Notes: a model not told the origin generated them from the letters alone. A DNA stretch of 64,000 nt from an uncultured Planctomycetaceae bacterium (GCA_963815195.1 CAWFGE010000021.1:192001-256000), one strand, 5' to 3'; positions 32,913 through 43,534 are shown, counted from the stretch's first letter. Numbers and translations are program-made.

Positions 32913-33509
32913 ATGGGTCAGCAAGTTTGGAATGGGTGCGCGGTTTTATTGAGCGTTGTCGGACTGGCCGTCGGCGTTGCGGAAACGGAGCAAGCCCGTC
33001 AAGAAGTGCAAAAAGCCCAGGGAGCCCAGCCCAAAGCCGCGGTGGCGGTGCTCGCTCCCACGCAGGGGTCTTCAGCCGAGGGTTCGATCCTGCTCACCCA
33101 AGAGCAGGACGGCGTCCGGCTCCAAGGCAGCGTGCGGCATCTGGCCCCCGGCGAGCACGGGTTCCACATCCACGAGTTCGGCGATCTCCGCGACCGGGCC
33201 GGCCAATCCGCGGGCGGGCACTACAGCCCCCAAGGCCATAAGCACGGCGGTCCCGAATCCGCCGAACATCACGCCGGCGACTTGGGCAACATCACCGCGA
33301 ACAAGCAAGGCGTGGCCGAAGTGGACAAGCTTGCCAAAGGACTAAAGCTCCAGCGGATCGTCGGCCGCGCGATTGTCGTTCATGCCGGCCAGGACGACAT
33401 GACGAGCCAGCCGTCCGGCAACGCGGGAGCGCGCGTGGCCGTCGGCGTGATCGGCATTGCGCAGCCGAAAGCCAAAACCGCCTCGCAGTCGCCCACGGCG
33501 AAGCCATAA
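32913..33509 (+). CDS. sodC: Cu/Zn superoxide dismutase, exported
   Basis: HGFHIHEFGD, AGGHY, HAGDLGNI, HAGQDD, GNAGAR. Confidence 0.92.
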   Translation: MGQQVWNGCAVLLSVVGLAVGVAETEQARQEVQKAQGAQPKAAVAVLAPTQGSSAEGSILLTQEQDGVRLQGSVRHLAPGEHGFHIHEFGDLRDRAGQSAGGHYSPQGHKHGGPESAEHHAGDLGNITANKQGVAEVDKLAKGLKLQRIVGRAIVVHAGQDDMTSQPSGNAGARVAVGVIGIAQPKAKTASQSPTAKP

Positions 33510-33579
33510 CCATCATGGGGAACGAACCGCCGCGCGCACCATTTTTTGGGACTCTTTTTGAGGATGAAGAGACCGACCG

Positions 33580-34278
33580 ATGGAGTACCAACCAGAATCC
33601 GTCAGCAGTACCGGGTTGGAATTTCGCTGTCCCCATTGCAAGCGCATTGTGGAGGTGAACGAGCATCTTTTGGGGACGACGATCGATTGCCCCAACCCGG
33701 ATTGCCGGCAGCCCTTTGTGGCGAAGGCTCCACTCGCGGAGCCCGTGCCGTCTTCCGAAAACTCCGCCGAGCCCCAGGCGGACTTTCACGTCGATGAGCT
33801 TTCGAAAGACGACGAGGAAGTCTTGAAGTCCGTTCATCCGTCGATGTGGCGGCCGCACCCCCTGCGCTTCGCCGGCGTCTCGCTGCTGCTCGTCGCGGGG
33901 ATTTCGTTTTCGATCATGGCGTACCTGCTGGAGGATTCGGCGTTCGGCCTCGACCTCGGCGTCCAAGGCATTCTGGGATTGATTTTCCTTGTTGGCAGCG
34001 GCGTGATGCTGTTGACCTGGTGGTTGTCCGCCCGGTGCACCACGCTGATCATCACCAACAAGCGCACCACCTACCGCGTGGGAATCCTCTCCCGTGAGGT
34101 CAGCGAGATTCGCCACCAGGACGTGCGAAATCTGCAAATCGATCAAAACGCCTTTCAGCGGATTATGGCCGTCGGGGACATCGGCATTTCGAGTGCCGGC
34201 CAGGAAGACATCGAGATCGAAGCCAAGAACATCCCGCATCCCAACAGCATTGCCGACACCATCCGCCAGTTGCAGTGA
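33580..34278 (+). CDS. Zn-ribbon + TM + bacterial PH-domain protein
   Basis: CPHC..CPNPDC; ITNKRT..GILSR..Q..FQRI..GDI.ISSAG. Confidence 0.75.
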   Translation: MEYQPESVSSTGLEFRCPHCKRIVEVNEHLLGTTIDCPNPDCRQPFVAKAPLAEPVPSSENSAEPQADFHVDELSKDDEEVLKSVHPSMWRPHPLRFAGVSLLLVAGISFSIMAYLLEDSAFGLDLGVQGILGLIFLVGSGVMLLTWWLSARCTTLIITNKRTTYRVGILSREVSEIRHQDVRNLQIDQNAFQRIMAVGDIGISSAGQEDIEIEAKNIPHPNSIADTIRQLQ

Positions 34279-34282
34279 AGGA

Positions 34283-34657
34283 ATGAAAACCATGACAAAC
34301 GTAGCGCTCCAAGGCCGCGAAATGCAGCTCCGCGCAATGCGCGACCGATTGCGTGCGGAAATCCAGGACCGCGTCGAGACGGTGCCCGAATATCTCCACG
34401 CCACGGGCGATGTGACGGATTTGCCCACCCATCGGGCCGATCACGATGCCGAGGGCATCGACCAGGAAATCGGCACGGGACGGGTGCAAACCCAGACGCT
34501 CGCGGACGTGGACGCGGCGCTCAAACGCATCGAAAACGGGACCTACGGCGAGTGCATCTCCTGCGGCGTTCCGATCGCCGAGGAACGGCTCGACGCGCTG
34601 CCCTTCACGGCCCTGTGCATCGACTGCGAACACGAGCGGGAAACGTCCGAAACGTAA
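34283..34657 (+). CDS. TraR/DksA C4 zinc-finger protein
   Basis: ALKRIENGTYGECISCG..IAEERLDALPFTALCIDC. Confidence 0.9.
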   Translation: MKTMTNVALQGREMQLRAMRDRLRAEIQDRVETVPEYLHATGDVTDLPTHRADHDAEGIDQEIGTGRVQTQTLADVDAALKRIENGTYGECISCGVPIAEERLDALPFTALCIDCEHERETSET

Positions 34658-34702
34658 ACACCGCTATGGAAGATCCACGCACCATTTCGCCACGCGCCCG
34701 CT

Positions 34703-35368
34703 TCATGCGTCATCCAATAACCGCTCGATCAACTCTGCGACCCCGGCTCCCCGCTCGCCTCGGGTGACTCGGTCGGCCTTGGCTTTCAGCGCGGGGAGGG
34801 CATTGCCGACGGCGACTTTGTATCCGCACATCGCCAGCAACGCCTCATCGTTCTCCGCGTCCCCGACCGCCACGGTGTTACGCGCGGACAAACCGAGTTC
34901 CCGGAGGGCCGCCTCCAGACCGCTCGCTTTATCGATCCCCGCCGGCAAAACCATCACCGCACCTTTGTTGTAGATCATCGTCAGATCCAACCGCTGCTCG
35001 CGAAGCACCTCTTGAACTTTCGCGGCATAGGGCGTCCAGGTGGCGACAATCACGCGGCCCGTTTCAAACGGAACCCCGCGGTCGCGAAGGGTTTTCACGA
35101 ATTCCGGCGGAGGCGGGCCGGCAAGCATCTGTTCCTGCCCGCTGCCCGGCCGATACAGCAAACCCCCGTTCTCCGCCACCACGAGATGAAATACGTCGAT
35201 CTGCGGGAAAACCTCCAACAAGGGATCCAATCGCCGGCCCGTCGCCAGGATCAAATGCCAGCCCGGAGAAGTCCGCAACCGCACGAGGCTTTCGACCGTG
35301 GCCTCATCGACTTGCCCGTCCGTTGCGAGCGTCCCATCATAATCCACCGCCAAAACCTGATACCGCAT
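34703..35368 (-). CDS. HAD-IIB family hydrolase
   Basis: DYDGTL, ATGR, DKASGL, VGDAEND. Confidence 0.9.
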   Translation of the reverse strand: MRYQVLAVDYDGTLATDGQVDEATVESLVRLRTSPGWHLILATGRRLDPLLEVFPQIDVFHLVVAENGGLLYRPGSGQEQMLAGPPPPEFVKTLRDRGVPFETGRVIVATWTPYAAKVQEVLREQRLDLTMIYNKGAVMVLPAGIDKASGLEAALRELGLSARNTVAVGDAENDEALLAMCGYKVAVGNALPALKAKADRVTRGERGAGVAELIERLLDDA

Positions 35369-35562
35369 CGCCCCACCTTTCGGAAGTTCCGTTCGTTCCT
35401 GGATGAAGAAATCTCTCAGACATTCCCTGATGTCATGGGATCATAAAACATCCGTGCGTGGTTTTCTCCGTCTTTCTCCGTGATCTCCGTTCCCCCGCGG
35501 TAAAACGTCTTCAGGAATAACCGCCCCTCATTGTGTGTGTTTTACAAAAGTCGTTAGGAACT

Positions 35563-35641
35563 TGGGTGGCACGCCCTGAGGAACGAAGGGCGCGGCCGAA
35601 GGGTCGCCACGCCCTTCGCTACGCTCAGGGACGTGCCACCC
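35563..35641. repeat. REP doublet (GGGTGGCACGCCCTGAG family)
   Basis: GGGTGGCACGCCCTGAG..CGAAGGGCG / CGCCCTTCG..CTCAGGGACGTGCCACCC. Confidence 0.7.
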
Positions 35642-35854
35642 GATCCACTTGAAACTAGGGCGAAAGATGATCCACCGACTTTTGTGACGTACACGGCGCA
35701 TGATCTTCCGCGGCGGATTGCGCTTCCCTTCCAGGCGGAGTCGTGGAAGAATGGACGGAATAACCGTTTTCCCGGATTCGTCGGCGATCGCTGGGGAAGC
35801 CCGGCACCGGCGGATGGGACGCGGCGATTTTTGATTAGACCTTAAGGACCTTCG

Positions 35855-37360
35855 ATGGCGGACTCTCCTTCTTCTTCGGATCTGTCTTTCGGGGATGCGA
35901 CTCCGAATAAGTCTGAGGGGACGTTATATTGTGCCGGCTGCAACGAACGGTTTTACGCCGTCCGCAAACCCGGGGTCTGTCCGCGGTGCGGGGCGGCGGT
36001 CACGTCGGTCTCCAGCACCTCGCTCGCCGAAACGCTGGTGCTCGCCGATTCCACCACCGGCGGCGAGTCCGCGCCCGTCCACGTCACCCAGCCGTCCACC
36101 CGGAAGTCGGCCCTGGAAGCCGCCCACGAAGATCCCCTCGTCGGCACGCGGCTGCACGTGTATCACTGCGAATCGCTGTTGGGCTGCGGCGGGATGGGCC
36201 GGGTGTATCTGGCCCGGCACACCGATCTTGGCCGCAAGTGCGCCCTCAAGGTGCTCGCCCCGCGCGTGTCCTCGACCGATCAGGATTTCATCAACCGCTT
36301 CATGCAGGAAGGCCGGGCGACCGCGGCCCTCGTGCATCCCAACATCGTCACCATCCACGCCATCGGCGAAGCGGGCGGGCATCATTTCCTGGAGATGGAA
36401 TTTATCCGCGGCAAAACCCTCCAGCAGCTTGTGGACAGCGAAGGCCGGTTGACGCCGCTCCGGGCCACGTCCCTCGCCACGCAGGTCGCCCAAGGTCTCG
36501 CCGCCGCCCATCGGGAAGGCATCATCCACCGCGATTTGAAGCTCGACAACGTGCTGCTCACCGAGCAAGGCGTCCCCAAGCTCGCGGACTTCGGCCTCGC
36601 CAAACGCGTGAGAAAAAGCGGCACCAAAGGCCGGGAGGAACTCGCCGGCACGCCCAACTACATGGCCCCGGAACTCTTCCACGGCCAGCCGGCGACCACG
36701 GCCAGCGACGTGTACGCGCTGGGCGTCTCTTACTTCGTGATGCTCACCGGCCGCTTGCCCTTCGTGGGCAACTCGCTCAATGACTTGATGAAAATCGTCA
36801 CCGAGGATCCGCCCCCGAACATTCGCGGCGAGTTCCCCGACATCCCCTTGGAAATGGCCGAGTGCCTGGGAATCCTGCTCGCAAAAAGTCCCGCCAATCG
36901 CCCGCAGTCCGGCATCGAAGCCGCCCAACTTCTCCACGCGATCTGGGGACAAGTGCAGGACATCGAAACCCTCCTCAAAGAGGCCTTCCTCGATTATGGC
37001 GGCATTACCTGGACCCGCGAAGCCGGCCGCTATCAAATCCAGCTCGAGTTCCCCGACGGCCGCCGTCAGTCGGTGTTCGTGGAAAACAGCGAGCACTCCA
37101 CCACAGAGCGGCTGCTCCTCATTTACAGCCTCTGCTGCGAGGCCCAGTCGGAATATTACGAAGACGCCCTCCGCTTAAACGCGGTGATGGCCCACGGCGG
37201 CCTCGCCCTCCGCAACTTCGAGGGCCGGGACATGTTCTGCGTCATCGACACCTTCCCCCGCGCCTCCGTCGACGCCCTCGACGTCCGCCGCAGCGTCCTG
37301 GAAGTCGGCTACCGCGCGGACAGCGTCGAAAAACTCCTCACAGGCAAGGATGAGCACTAG
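35855..37360 (+). CDS. Ser/Thr protein kinase with N-terminal Zn ribbon and C-terminal YbjN/CesT-like domain
   Basis: LGCGGMG, HRDLKLDN, DFGLAK, GTPNYMAPE; C-terminal ADSVEKLLTGKDEH. Confidence 0.88.
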   Translation: MADSPSSSDLSFGDATPNKSEGTLYCAGCNERFYAVRKPGVCPRCGAAVTSVSSTSLAETLVLADSTTGGESAPVHVTQPSTRKSALEAAHEDPLVGTRLHVYHCESLLGCGGMGRVYLARHTDLGRKCALKVLAPRVSSTDQDFINRFMQEGRATAALVHPNIVTIHAIGEAGGHHFLEMEFIRGKTLQQLVDSEGRLTPLRATSLATQVAQGLAAAHREGIIHRDLKLDNVLLTEQGVPKLADFGLAKRVRKSGTKGREELAGTPNYMAPELFHGQPATTASDVYALGVSYFVMLTGRLPFVGNSLNDLMKIVTEDPPPNIRGEFPDIPLEMAECLGILLAKSPANRPQSGIEAAQLLHAIWGQVQDIETLLKEAFLDYGGITWTREAGRYQIQLEFPDGRRQSVFVENSEHSTTERLLLIYSLCCEAQSEYYEDALRLNAVMAHGGLALRNFEGRDMFCVIDTFPRASVDALDVRRSVLEVGYRADSVEKLLTGKDEH

Positions 37361-37406
37361 AGCAGACCGGGGCATCCCCGTGTCTTATTCGCGCGCAAAA
37401 AGCAAG

Positions 37407-37699
37407 GGCGTGTACCGCCCAACCATACGTTCCTCATTCGATGATAGCAGCCAAGCCAAGTCCAAAATGGCAGACAACTGATGTCTTTTCAAGAGCCTTC
37501 CTCAATTCCCCCAATGAACCGAGTCCAAAATGGCAGGCAGGAGCCTGCCCTACACGAACTCAATTCCCCCAATGAACCGAGTCCAAAATGGCAGGCAGGA
37601 GCCTGCCCTACACGAACTGATGTCTTTTCGAGAGCCTTCCTCAATTCCCCCAATGAACCGAGTCCAAAATGGCAGGCAGGAGCCTGCCCTACACGAACT
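37407..37699. repeat. REP array (family A: GTAGGGCAGGCTCCTGCCTGCC on minus strand), three 58-bp units
   Basis: Units at 37501, 37559, 37640; same family at 38620-38788 and 59451-59595. Confidence 0.85.
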
Positions 37700-37873
37700 A
37701 GGAATTTGCTATTGAGCGTAGCTGCGATTGGATTTGACGGGGCATCAATTTATGAGGCAGTCAGCAAGTATTTTTACGTGACAGTAAATCCGCCTATGCG
37801 GATAAACTTGCCGAATTGGATTCCTCAGCCACCACAATGAAAGTAGTATGAAACGGGGACAGGGCGAAATAAT

Positions 37874-38191
37874 ATGCTGCGCGAATTAAACTTCGTTGGC
37901 AAGCTCGTCTACGGAACCACCTGGATCTTATGCTCCAGTATCTGGTTTGCATCGTTATTCACCAATACTGCGAGCAAGCCATTTACTTTATTAGGGATTT
38001 TCATGCTAATTGCAGCGCTGATTAGCCTTGTTTTTTTTCTTATGATCTTTCTAAACAAAACGGCGAGAGACATCTTTGTTCGAGAGGAAGTGCTGCCAAA
38101 CACCATTTTTGTTAAGATGCTTTTGCCTACATCGGCACATCTCGCGATCGCCCTCCTTATTACATTTATCTTTCTTCAAACCGACCTATAG
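37874..38191 (+). CDS. AT-rich small membrane protein (three TM helices)
   Basis: 105-aa hydrophobic ORF, visibly AT-rich compared with flanks. Confidence 0.55.
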   Translation: MLRELNFVGKLVYGTTWILCSSIWFASLFTNTASKPFTLLGIFMLIAALISLVFFLMIFLNKTARDIFVREEVLPNTIFVKMLLPTSAHLAIALLITFIFLQTDL

Positions 38192-38203
38192 TAAGATAGC
38201 CGA

Positions 38204-38788
38204 GTAGGGTCCGCTGTGCGGACCGTTCGGATTGATTGCCGTATGACAGCGGCTGGGTGGCACTGTCAGCCCGGGTTATTGTTGAGAGTCTTTCGGCGGG
38301 TGGCTGGGGTCAGTTTGGCGGGAATTGCCTGGAATCAAAAGAACGTTGAATCGACAAACTGCCCCCAGCGATGCGCGTATTGGCTCGTCTGGGGGCAGGC
38401 TGCCGATACCGTTGCCTTCTGATTCAATACCCGTTCCGGCAGCCTGACCCCAGCCACCCCGGCGGGGTGGCACTGTCAGCGGGGGTTGTTGCTAACAGTC
38501 TTTCGGGTGCCACTGGCAACTTGTTGCCAGTGCTTTCCAGCAGCATGGAATCGGGGGGCGTTTCAAAACTCGATTGGTTCATCCGATTCACACTGGCAGG
38601 CAAGCTGCCAGTGGCACCCGGCGTGCACCGCCCAACCATACGTTCCTCATTCGATGATAGCAGCCAAGCCAAGTCCAAAATGGCAGGCAGGAGCCTGCCC
38701 TACTACTGAGGTCTTTTCAAGAGCCTTCCTCAATTCCCCCAATGAACCGAGTCCAAAATGGCAGGCAGGAGCCTGCCCTAGACGAACT
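38204..38788. repeat. Mosaic of nested REP/REPIN-like elements, including the composite B+A module at 38460-38788
   Basis: GTAGGGTCCGCTGTGCGGACC; GGGTGGCTGGGGTCAG..CTGACCCCAGCCACCC; GGGTGCCACTGGCA..TGCCAGTGGCACCC; family A. Confidence 0.8.
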
Positions 38789-38865
38789 CCAAAAATCTGG
38801 CCGGTTGCAAGATGGCGATCCCCTGATAGGGATACACGGCCAAGAGGTGCTGATTGCATCCGCTT
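38778..38865 (-). pseudogene. C-terminal remnant of a PIN-domain (toxin-type) gene
   Basis: Minus strand reads ADAI / QHLLAVYPYQGIAILQPARFLEFV*, resembling PIN-family C-termini. Confidence 0.5.
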
Positions 38866-39098
38866 GGGTAGGGCACTTCAGCCAACCCGGAACGGACGAT
38901 TTGGAACTTTTCCTAAGAAAAAGGACTTTTCTGCGTAGAATCGCCGACCGGATGGGGACTATAGGGTAGGAAAGTCCAAGAGACCCCATGGCCAACCGCT
39001 GCCTCACTGCCGGAAGTTTTGTCGTTGCAGGGTTTTATAGCCAAGCAGGATCTCGCAACTTTGCCAAATCCGAAAAGTCCTGTTCTGGGAGAGTGCCC

Positions 39099-39695
39099 GT
39101 GAACTCTGTGCAGTCCAACATCGACAGCCTAATTGTGCGAGCCCGGTGTGGCGACGCCGAGGCCCTGGGTGAACTGCTGGAGCGGCACCGGGGATACCTC
39201 AAGGTACTCGCGCAGCGGATGCTGGATGGCCGGATGCGGGCCCGGCTGGATGCCTCCGACTTGGTGCAGCGAACCTGCCTCTCAGTTCATCGAGCGATCA
39301 GCGAGTTTCGCGGTGAGACGACCGCCGAGTTCCTCACCTGGTTGCAACAGGTTCACGCGGGAAACGTCCAGAACGCTCTGCGGGAGCATTTGGCCCAGCG
39401 ACGCGACGTCGCCCGCGAGCAATTTACCACCCCGGAGCAAATCGCCGCGCTCGTTGCCGACGTGACGCAGTCCACACCGAGCCAGCGCATTCTTCGCGAT
39501 GAGCGGGCCGTCGAACTGACCGCCGCCTTCGAGGAACTTCCCGACGACCAGCGGGAGGCCGTGCGACTGAGGTATTTGGAGGGGTGGTCCCTTCAGGAAG
39601 TCGGGCAGGCAATGCAGCGTTCGGATAAGGCTGCTGCGGCCCTGATCCTCCGCGGACTGAATGCCCTCCGTCGAATCCTTCGAGAACAACCCTAA
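39099..39695 (+). CDS. ECF sigma factor (planctomycete kinase-associated type)
   Basis: GDAEALGELL..YL..LA, RLDASDLVQ, STPSQ, LPDDQREAVRLRYLEG. Confidence 0.9.
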   Translation: MNSVQSNIDSLIVRARCGDAEALGELLERHRGYLKVLAQRMLDGRMRARLDASDLVQRTCLSVHRAISEFRGETTAEFLTWLQQVHAGNVQNALREHLAQRRDVAREQFTTPEQIAALVADVTQSTPSQRILRDERAVELTAAFEELPDDQREAVRLRYLEGWSLQEVGQAMQRSDKAAAALILRGLNALRRILREQP

Positions 39696-39709
39696 GTGGG
39701 AGTGCCCCC

Positions 39710-42470
39710 ATGGCCAAGACTGGAACAAACAAAGTGAACCATCAGGATCTCTTAGAGGAAGCGTTCTGCGAGTACCTGCGACGGGTGGATGCCGGGGAGG
39801 ATGTCGATCGGCAGGCGTTCGTTTCGCGCTACCCGGACGTGGCCAATGTTCTGGCAGAACACCTCGACGCTGACTCCGTCGTGCGGCGGATGGCCGGACC
39901 GACCTACGCGGAGGCGACCGCTCATGGCGAGATCGATGCGACGATCACGGGAGATGTCCCGATCGGCGAGGGGGACATGGAAGATGCCGACTCCGGTTCG
40001 GACTTCATTCCCGCCGGGCGGTCTGTTGCGGAGCAGGACACCGTCATTGCCTCTCAGTCCAACGACACCCATCCCGGCGGGGAAGCTCGGCAGAGCGACA
40101 TCCCCGCCCAGTTCGGGCGCTATCGGGTCGAGAAGCTACTTGGGCAGGGGGCGATGGGCTCGGTCTATCTGGCCCACGACACGCAGCTCGACCGCCGCGT
40201 GGCACTGAAGATCCCCAAGTTCGACCAAGCCTCCGATGCTGACATGCTCGAACGCTTCTACCGCGAAGCGCGGGCGGTCGCGACACTGCACCACCCGAAC
40301 ATTTGCCCGGTCTATGACGTGGGCGAGATCGACGGGCAAACCTTCTTGAGCATGGCCTACCTCGAGGGGCGCCCGCTCTCGGACTACACAAAGTCGCAGA
40401 AGAAACAGGGCGAGCGGTCCGTGGCCAAGCTGGTGATGAAGCTGGCCCGTGCACTCCAAGAGGCCCATGAAATCGGCGTGGTTCATCGGGACCTCAAGCC
40501 GGCGAACATCATGGTCGGCAAAAAGGGCGAACCGGTGGTCATGGACTTCGGCTTGGCCCGGCGGTTGGACTCGAATGACACCCGCGTGACCAAGAGCGGC
40601 ACGATCGTCGGTACGCCGGCTTACATGTCCCCCGAGCAGGTCGAGGGCGATCCCGATGCGGTGGGCCCCGGCAGCGACCAGTTCAGTCTCGGTGTGATTC
40701 TCTACGAAATGCTCGCCGGGCAGTTGCCGTTCCAGGGCACCATGCTTTCGGTGATCGGCCAGATCGCTCACAAGGCTCCGCGGGGTATTGAGGAACTCCG
40801 ACCGGATGTCGACCCCCGCCTCGCGGCCATCTGCGGACGGATGATGAGCAAGAACCCGGCCGACCGATTTCAAAACATGGCGGCCGCTGCCGATGCGCTC
40901 CATCAATACCTCACCGAATCGAAAACGGGGGTCTCGGCGGAGGTCTCGCAGTGGGATGTGGTTCCCGCCGACCAACCACTGCCACCAAAGCCACGCCGCC
41001 GGACGGCAACTGCCTCCACAGTCTCATTCGCCAAGCAGTCCGCGAAGCGAAGCCAACGCCGCAAGAGACATCATCCGCCTCCGTGGCAGATTTGGACGGC
41101 GGTGGGCGTGTTGTCGCTTGTCGCGATCTTCGCTGCCGTGGTGCTGTTTCTGCAAACACCCGAGGGCACCGTCCGCATCGAGATCACCGACCCGGACACC
41201 CACGTCGAGTTTGCCGGCCAAACCTTCACGTTCGACGACAACGGCGCGGAAGTCGAAGTCACTCCGGGTAAGCACGCTTTGCACGTCAAACGCGGCTCGC
41301 TGTCTTTCACCACCCAGGAGTTCACCGTCGAGAAGGACAGCGATGTCGCGATCAAAGTAACTTGGCAGGACAGCGAGCTGCTTGCAAAGCGCGGCGATGA
41401 GACAATCGGCCGCAAGCGAAAACCGGCTGCGATGGCAGCCAACGTCACCAAGTCAAATGAAACAACTCCGAACCTGGGGCAAATCACGCGGGCAGCGACC
41501 CTGAAGGGACTGGCCGGCGGGGTTGAAGACGTGGCCTATGCAGACGATGGGAAATCGGTCGTCGCCGTTGCTGGGAAGGAAGTCCGTCGTTGGAGTACCG
41601 AGGATGGCAAGCCGTTGCAGGTGTACCATCTGGACAAGGCAGGGGCTGGCATCAACAGCCTGCTCCCGCTGCGGGACGGCAGACGCATGGTGACGGGCAC
41701 AGCTCCCGGTGGCCGGGGGCTTCAGCTCTTGGGATCTCCAGACCCTCAAGGTCTCGCGGGAGTTTCCAGGTCACGACACCGGCAGTCACATCCTGGCCCG
41801 CGCCCTCTCTCCCGATGAGGAGTTGCTGCTCTCCAGCGGGGGGGACAATACTGTGAAGTTGTGGAACCTAGAGACCGGCAAACAACTGCACCAGATCGAC
41901 GGCAATTATGCCAGTGCCGCCGCTTTCAATGCGGATGGCACGCGGTGGGCCAGCGCGAACTGGAACGTCGTGACCATCCTTGATGTCCAGACCGCTGAAG
42001 TCGTGCGGCGAATCAGCCCCGTGGGCCGCGGGGCCATTTTGGACATGGCTTTTTCGCCCGATGGCCGGCTTCTGCTGACCGCGGGCAATAATCCGGGTGG
42101 CCTTTCGCTCCACGAAGTTGCCACCGGGCGAAAGCTGCTCGACATCGGCTTGCCCGAGGAAGTTCGGAGCTGCGCGTTCCTGCCGGACGGACGGCACTTC
42201 GTCGCCGGGTGTCGCGACAAGACGATTCGCGTCTGGCAAACGCAATCTGGCGAGGAGGTCCTCCGCGTCGCGACGGAAAGTTACGCCACGAATTACGTGG
42301 CCGTCGCCCCGGATGGCCGCTCGCTCGCCAGCGGGGGCGGAAAGTACTGGGCAGAGCCCGGAAAAGGAGCTTTCGACGGCGACGCGAACATCTATCTTTG
42401 GCGGCTACCCAAGAGTGTCTGGCCGCAACAACAAACAAACGATCCAGGAGTGGGCACCGTTGGCCAGTGA
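39710..42470 (+). CDS. Ser/Thr kinase - TM - WD40 repeat protein; frameshift near 41715
   Basis: LGQGAMG, HRDLKPAN, DFGLAR, GTPAYMSPEQ; DNTVKLWN and DKTIRVWQ WD40 motifs in the second ORF. Confidence 0.85.
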
Positions 42471-42655
42471 CAAACCCATGGATAACAACGCCGTATTGAT
42501 CCTTCACACATGAAAAAGTCCGCGGGTACATGATGGAAAACGTGAACGCGACTCGCCGTCAGCCCCCGTACAGTTTCGTTGCAAGAGCTAAGAAAAAGTC
42601 CCCCGCCGCCCGGCCACAGGGGCCGGGCAACAGGAGCACATTTCATAGGCAGCGG

Positions 42656-42787
42656 TTATCGCCGACGACGGCGTGTTCGATGATTTTGGGGATTACCACG
42701 TCGAGTTTGGGATAAGTGTTGTAAGCCGGCCTGGTGCCCGGCATAGCCTGCCGCGGCAAGCAAGGCGATTCCGAAAATCATTTCCAT
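42656..42787 (-). CDS. 43-aa small protein: hydrophobic N-terminus with Arg-rich tail
   Basis: GAGGAGG RBS; MEMIFGIALLAAAGYAGHQAGLQHLSQTRRGNPQNHRTRRRRR*. Confidence 0.55.
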   Translation of the reverse strand: MEMIFGIALLAAAGYAGHQAGLQHLSQTRRGNPQNHRTRRRRR

Positions 42788-42894
42788 AAAACGCCTCCTC
42801 TCAGAGTCTGGGACGAATGGCACTGTCTAGTTCGGATTGCTGATGAAATTGCGGATGTTGCCTTGCACCGGAGCGGTTTGATCCTTTATTTTGC

Positions 42895-43148
42895 CGGCGG
42901 GGTGGCACTGTCAGCGGGGGTTGTTGCTAACAGTCTTTTGGGTGCCACTGGCAACTTGTTGCCAGTGCTTTCCAGCAGCATGGAATCGGGGGGCGTTTCA
43001 AAACTCGGCAGGGTGGCATGCTCATGGCTTTGCATGAGCATGGTTTCCGAACGTGATGTGGCATGGCCCCTGTGTTTTTCGATTCCAAGAAATCAAAGTT
43101 TCATCCAAGTGCATGCTCATGCCAAGCCATGAGCATGCCACCCCGCCG
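42895..43148. mobile_element. Composite REPIN/MITE-like element (B'+C) with CGGCGGGGTGGCA terminal inverted repeats
   Basis: Near-identical inverted copy at 62225-62477. Confidence 0.75.
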
Positions 43149-43534
43149 AACACCCGCGCTGGGGGCAGGTTGTCGATCATGCGCGAGACACGATTGACAT
43201 CGTCTCCGACCACCTGACCCCAGCCACCCCTCCGAACTGAAGATTGACGCGGTCTCCGACAACCTGACCCCGGGCACTCCTCCGACAACTTGCCCCCCAG
43301 CGGGCATCGACACCCTCCCCAAAAGGCTCCGCCCATGAGGAATCGACATCGGCGATCTTTCGGGCAAAGAGAAAATCCCGCTCGTCCCGATTTTTTGCTT
43401 GCATAATCGGCGAGTTTCGGGAACGATGATCAGGGGTTGCTTTCCCACCGGAACCAACCCCCTTTTCAAAAGCGTTTCCTGGGCACGTAGGGCTTTGCTC
43501 ACGACATCTTTGTTTTTGCTTTGGGAGAGTTTCC

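Noticed and set aside
37501..37699. Possible CRISPR array (three 58-bp repeats)
   Set aside because: Repeats too long, spacers absent or part of the same repeat family; copies occur elsewhere in the window.
37481..37715. Short ORFs with repeated NSPNEPSPKWQAGACP peptides (also 38486-38938, 42734-43132, 62240-62470)
   Set aside because: Translations of palindromic repeat DNA, not genes.
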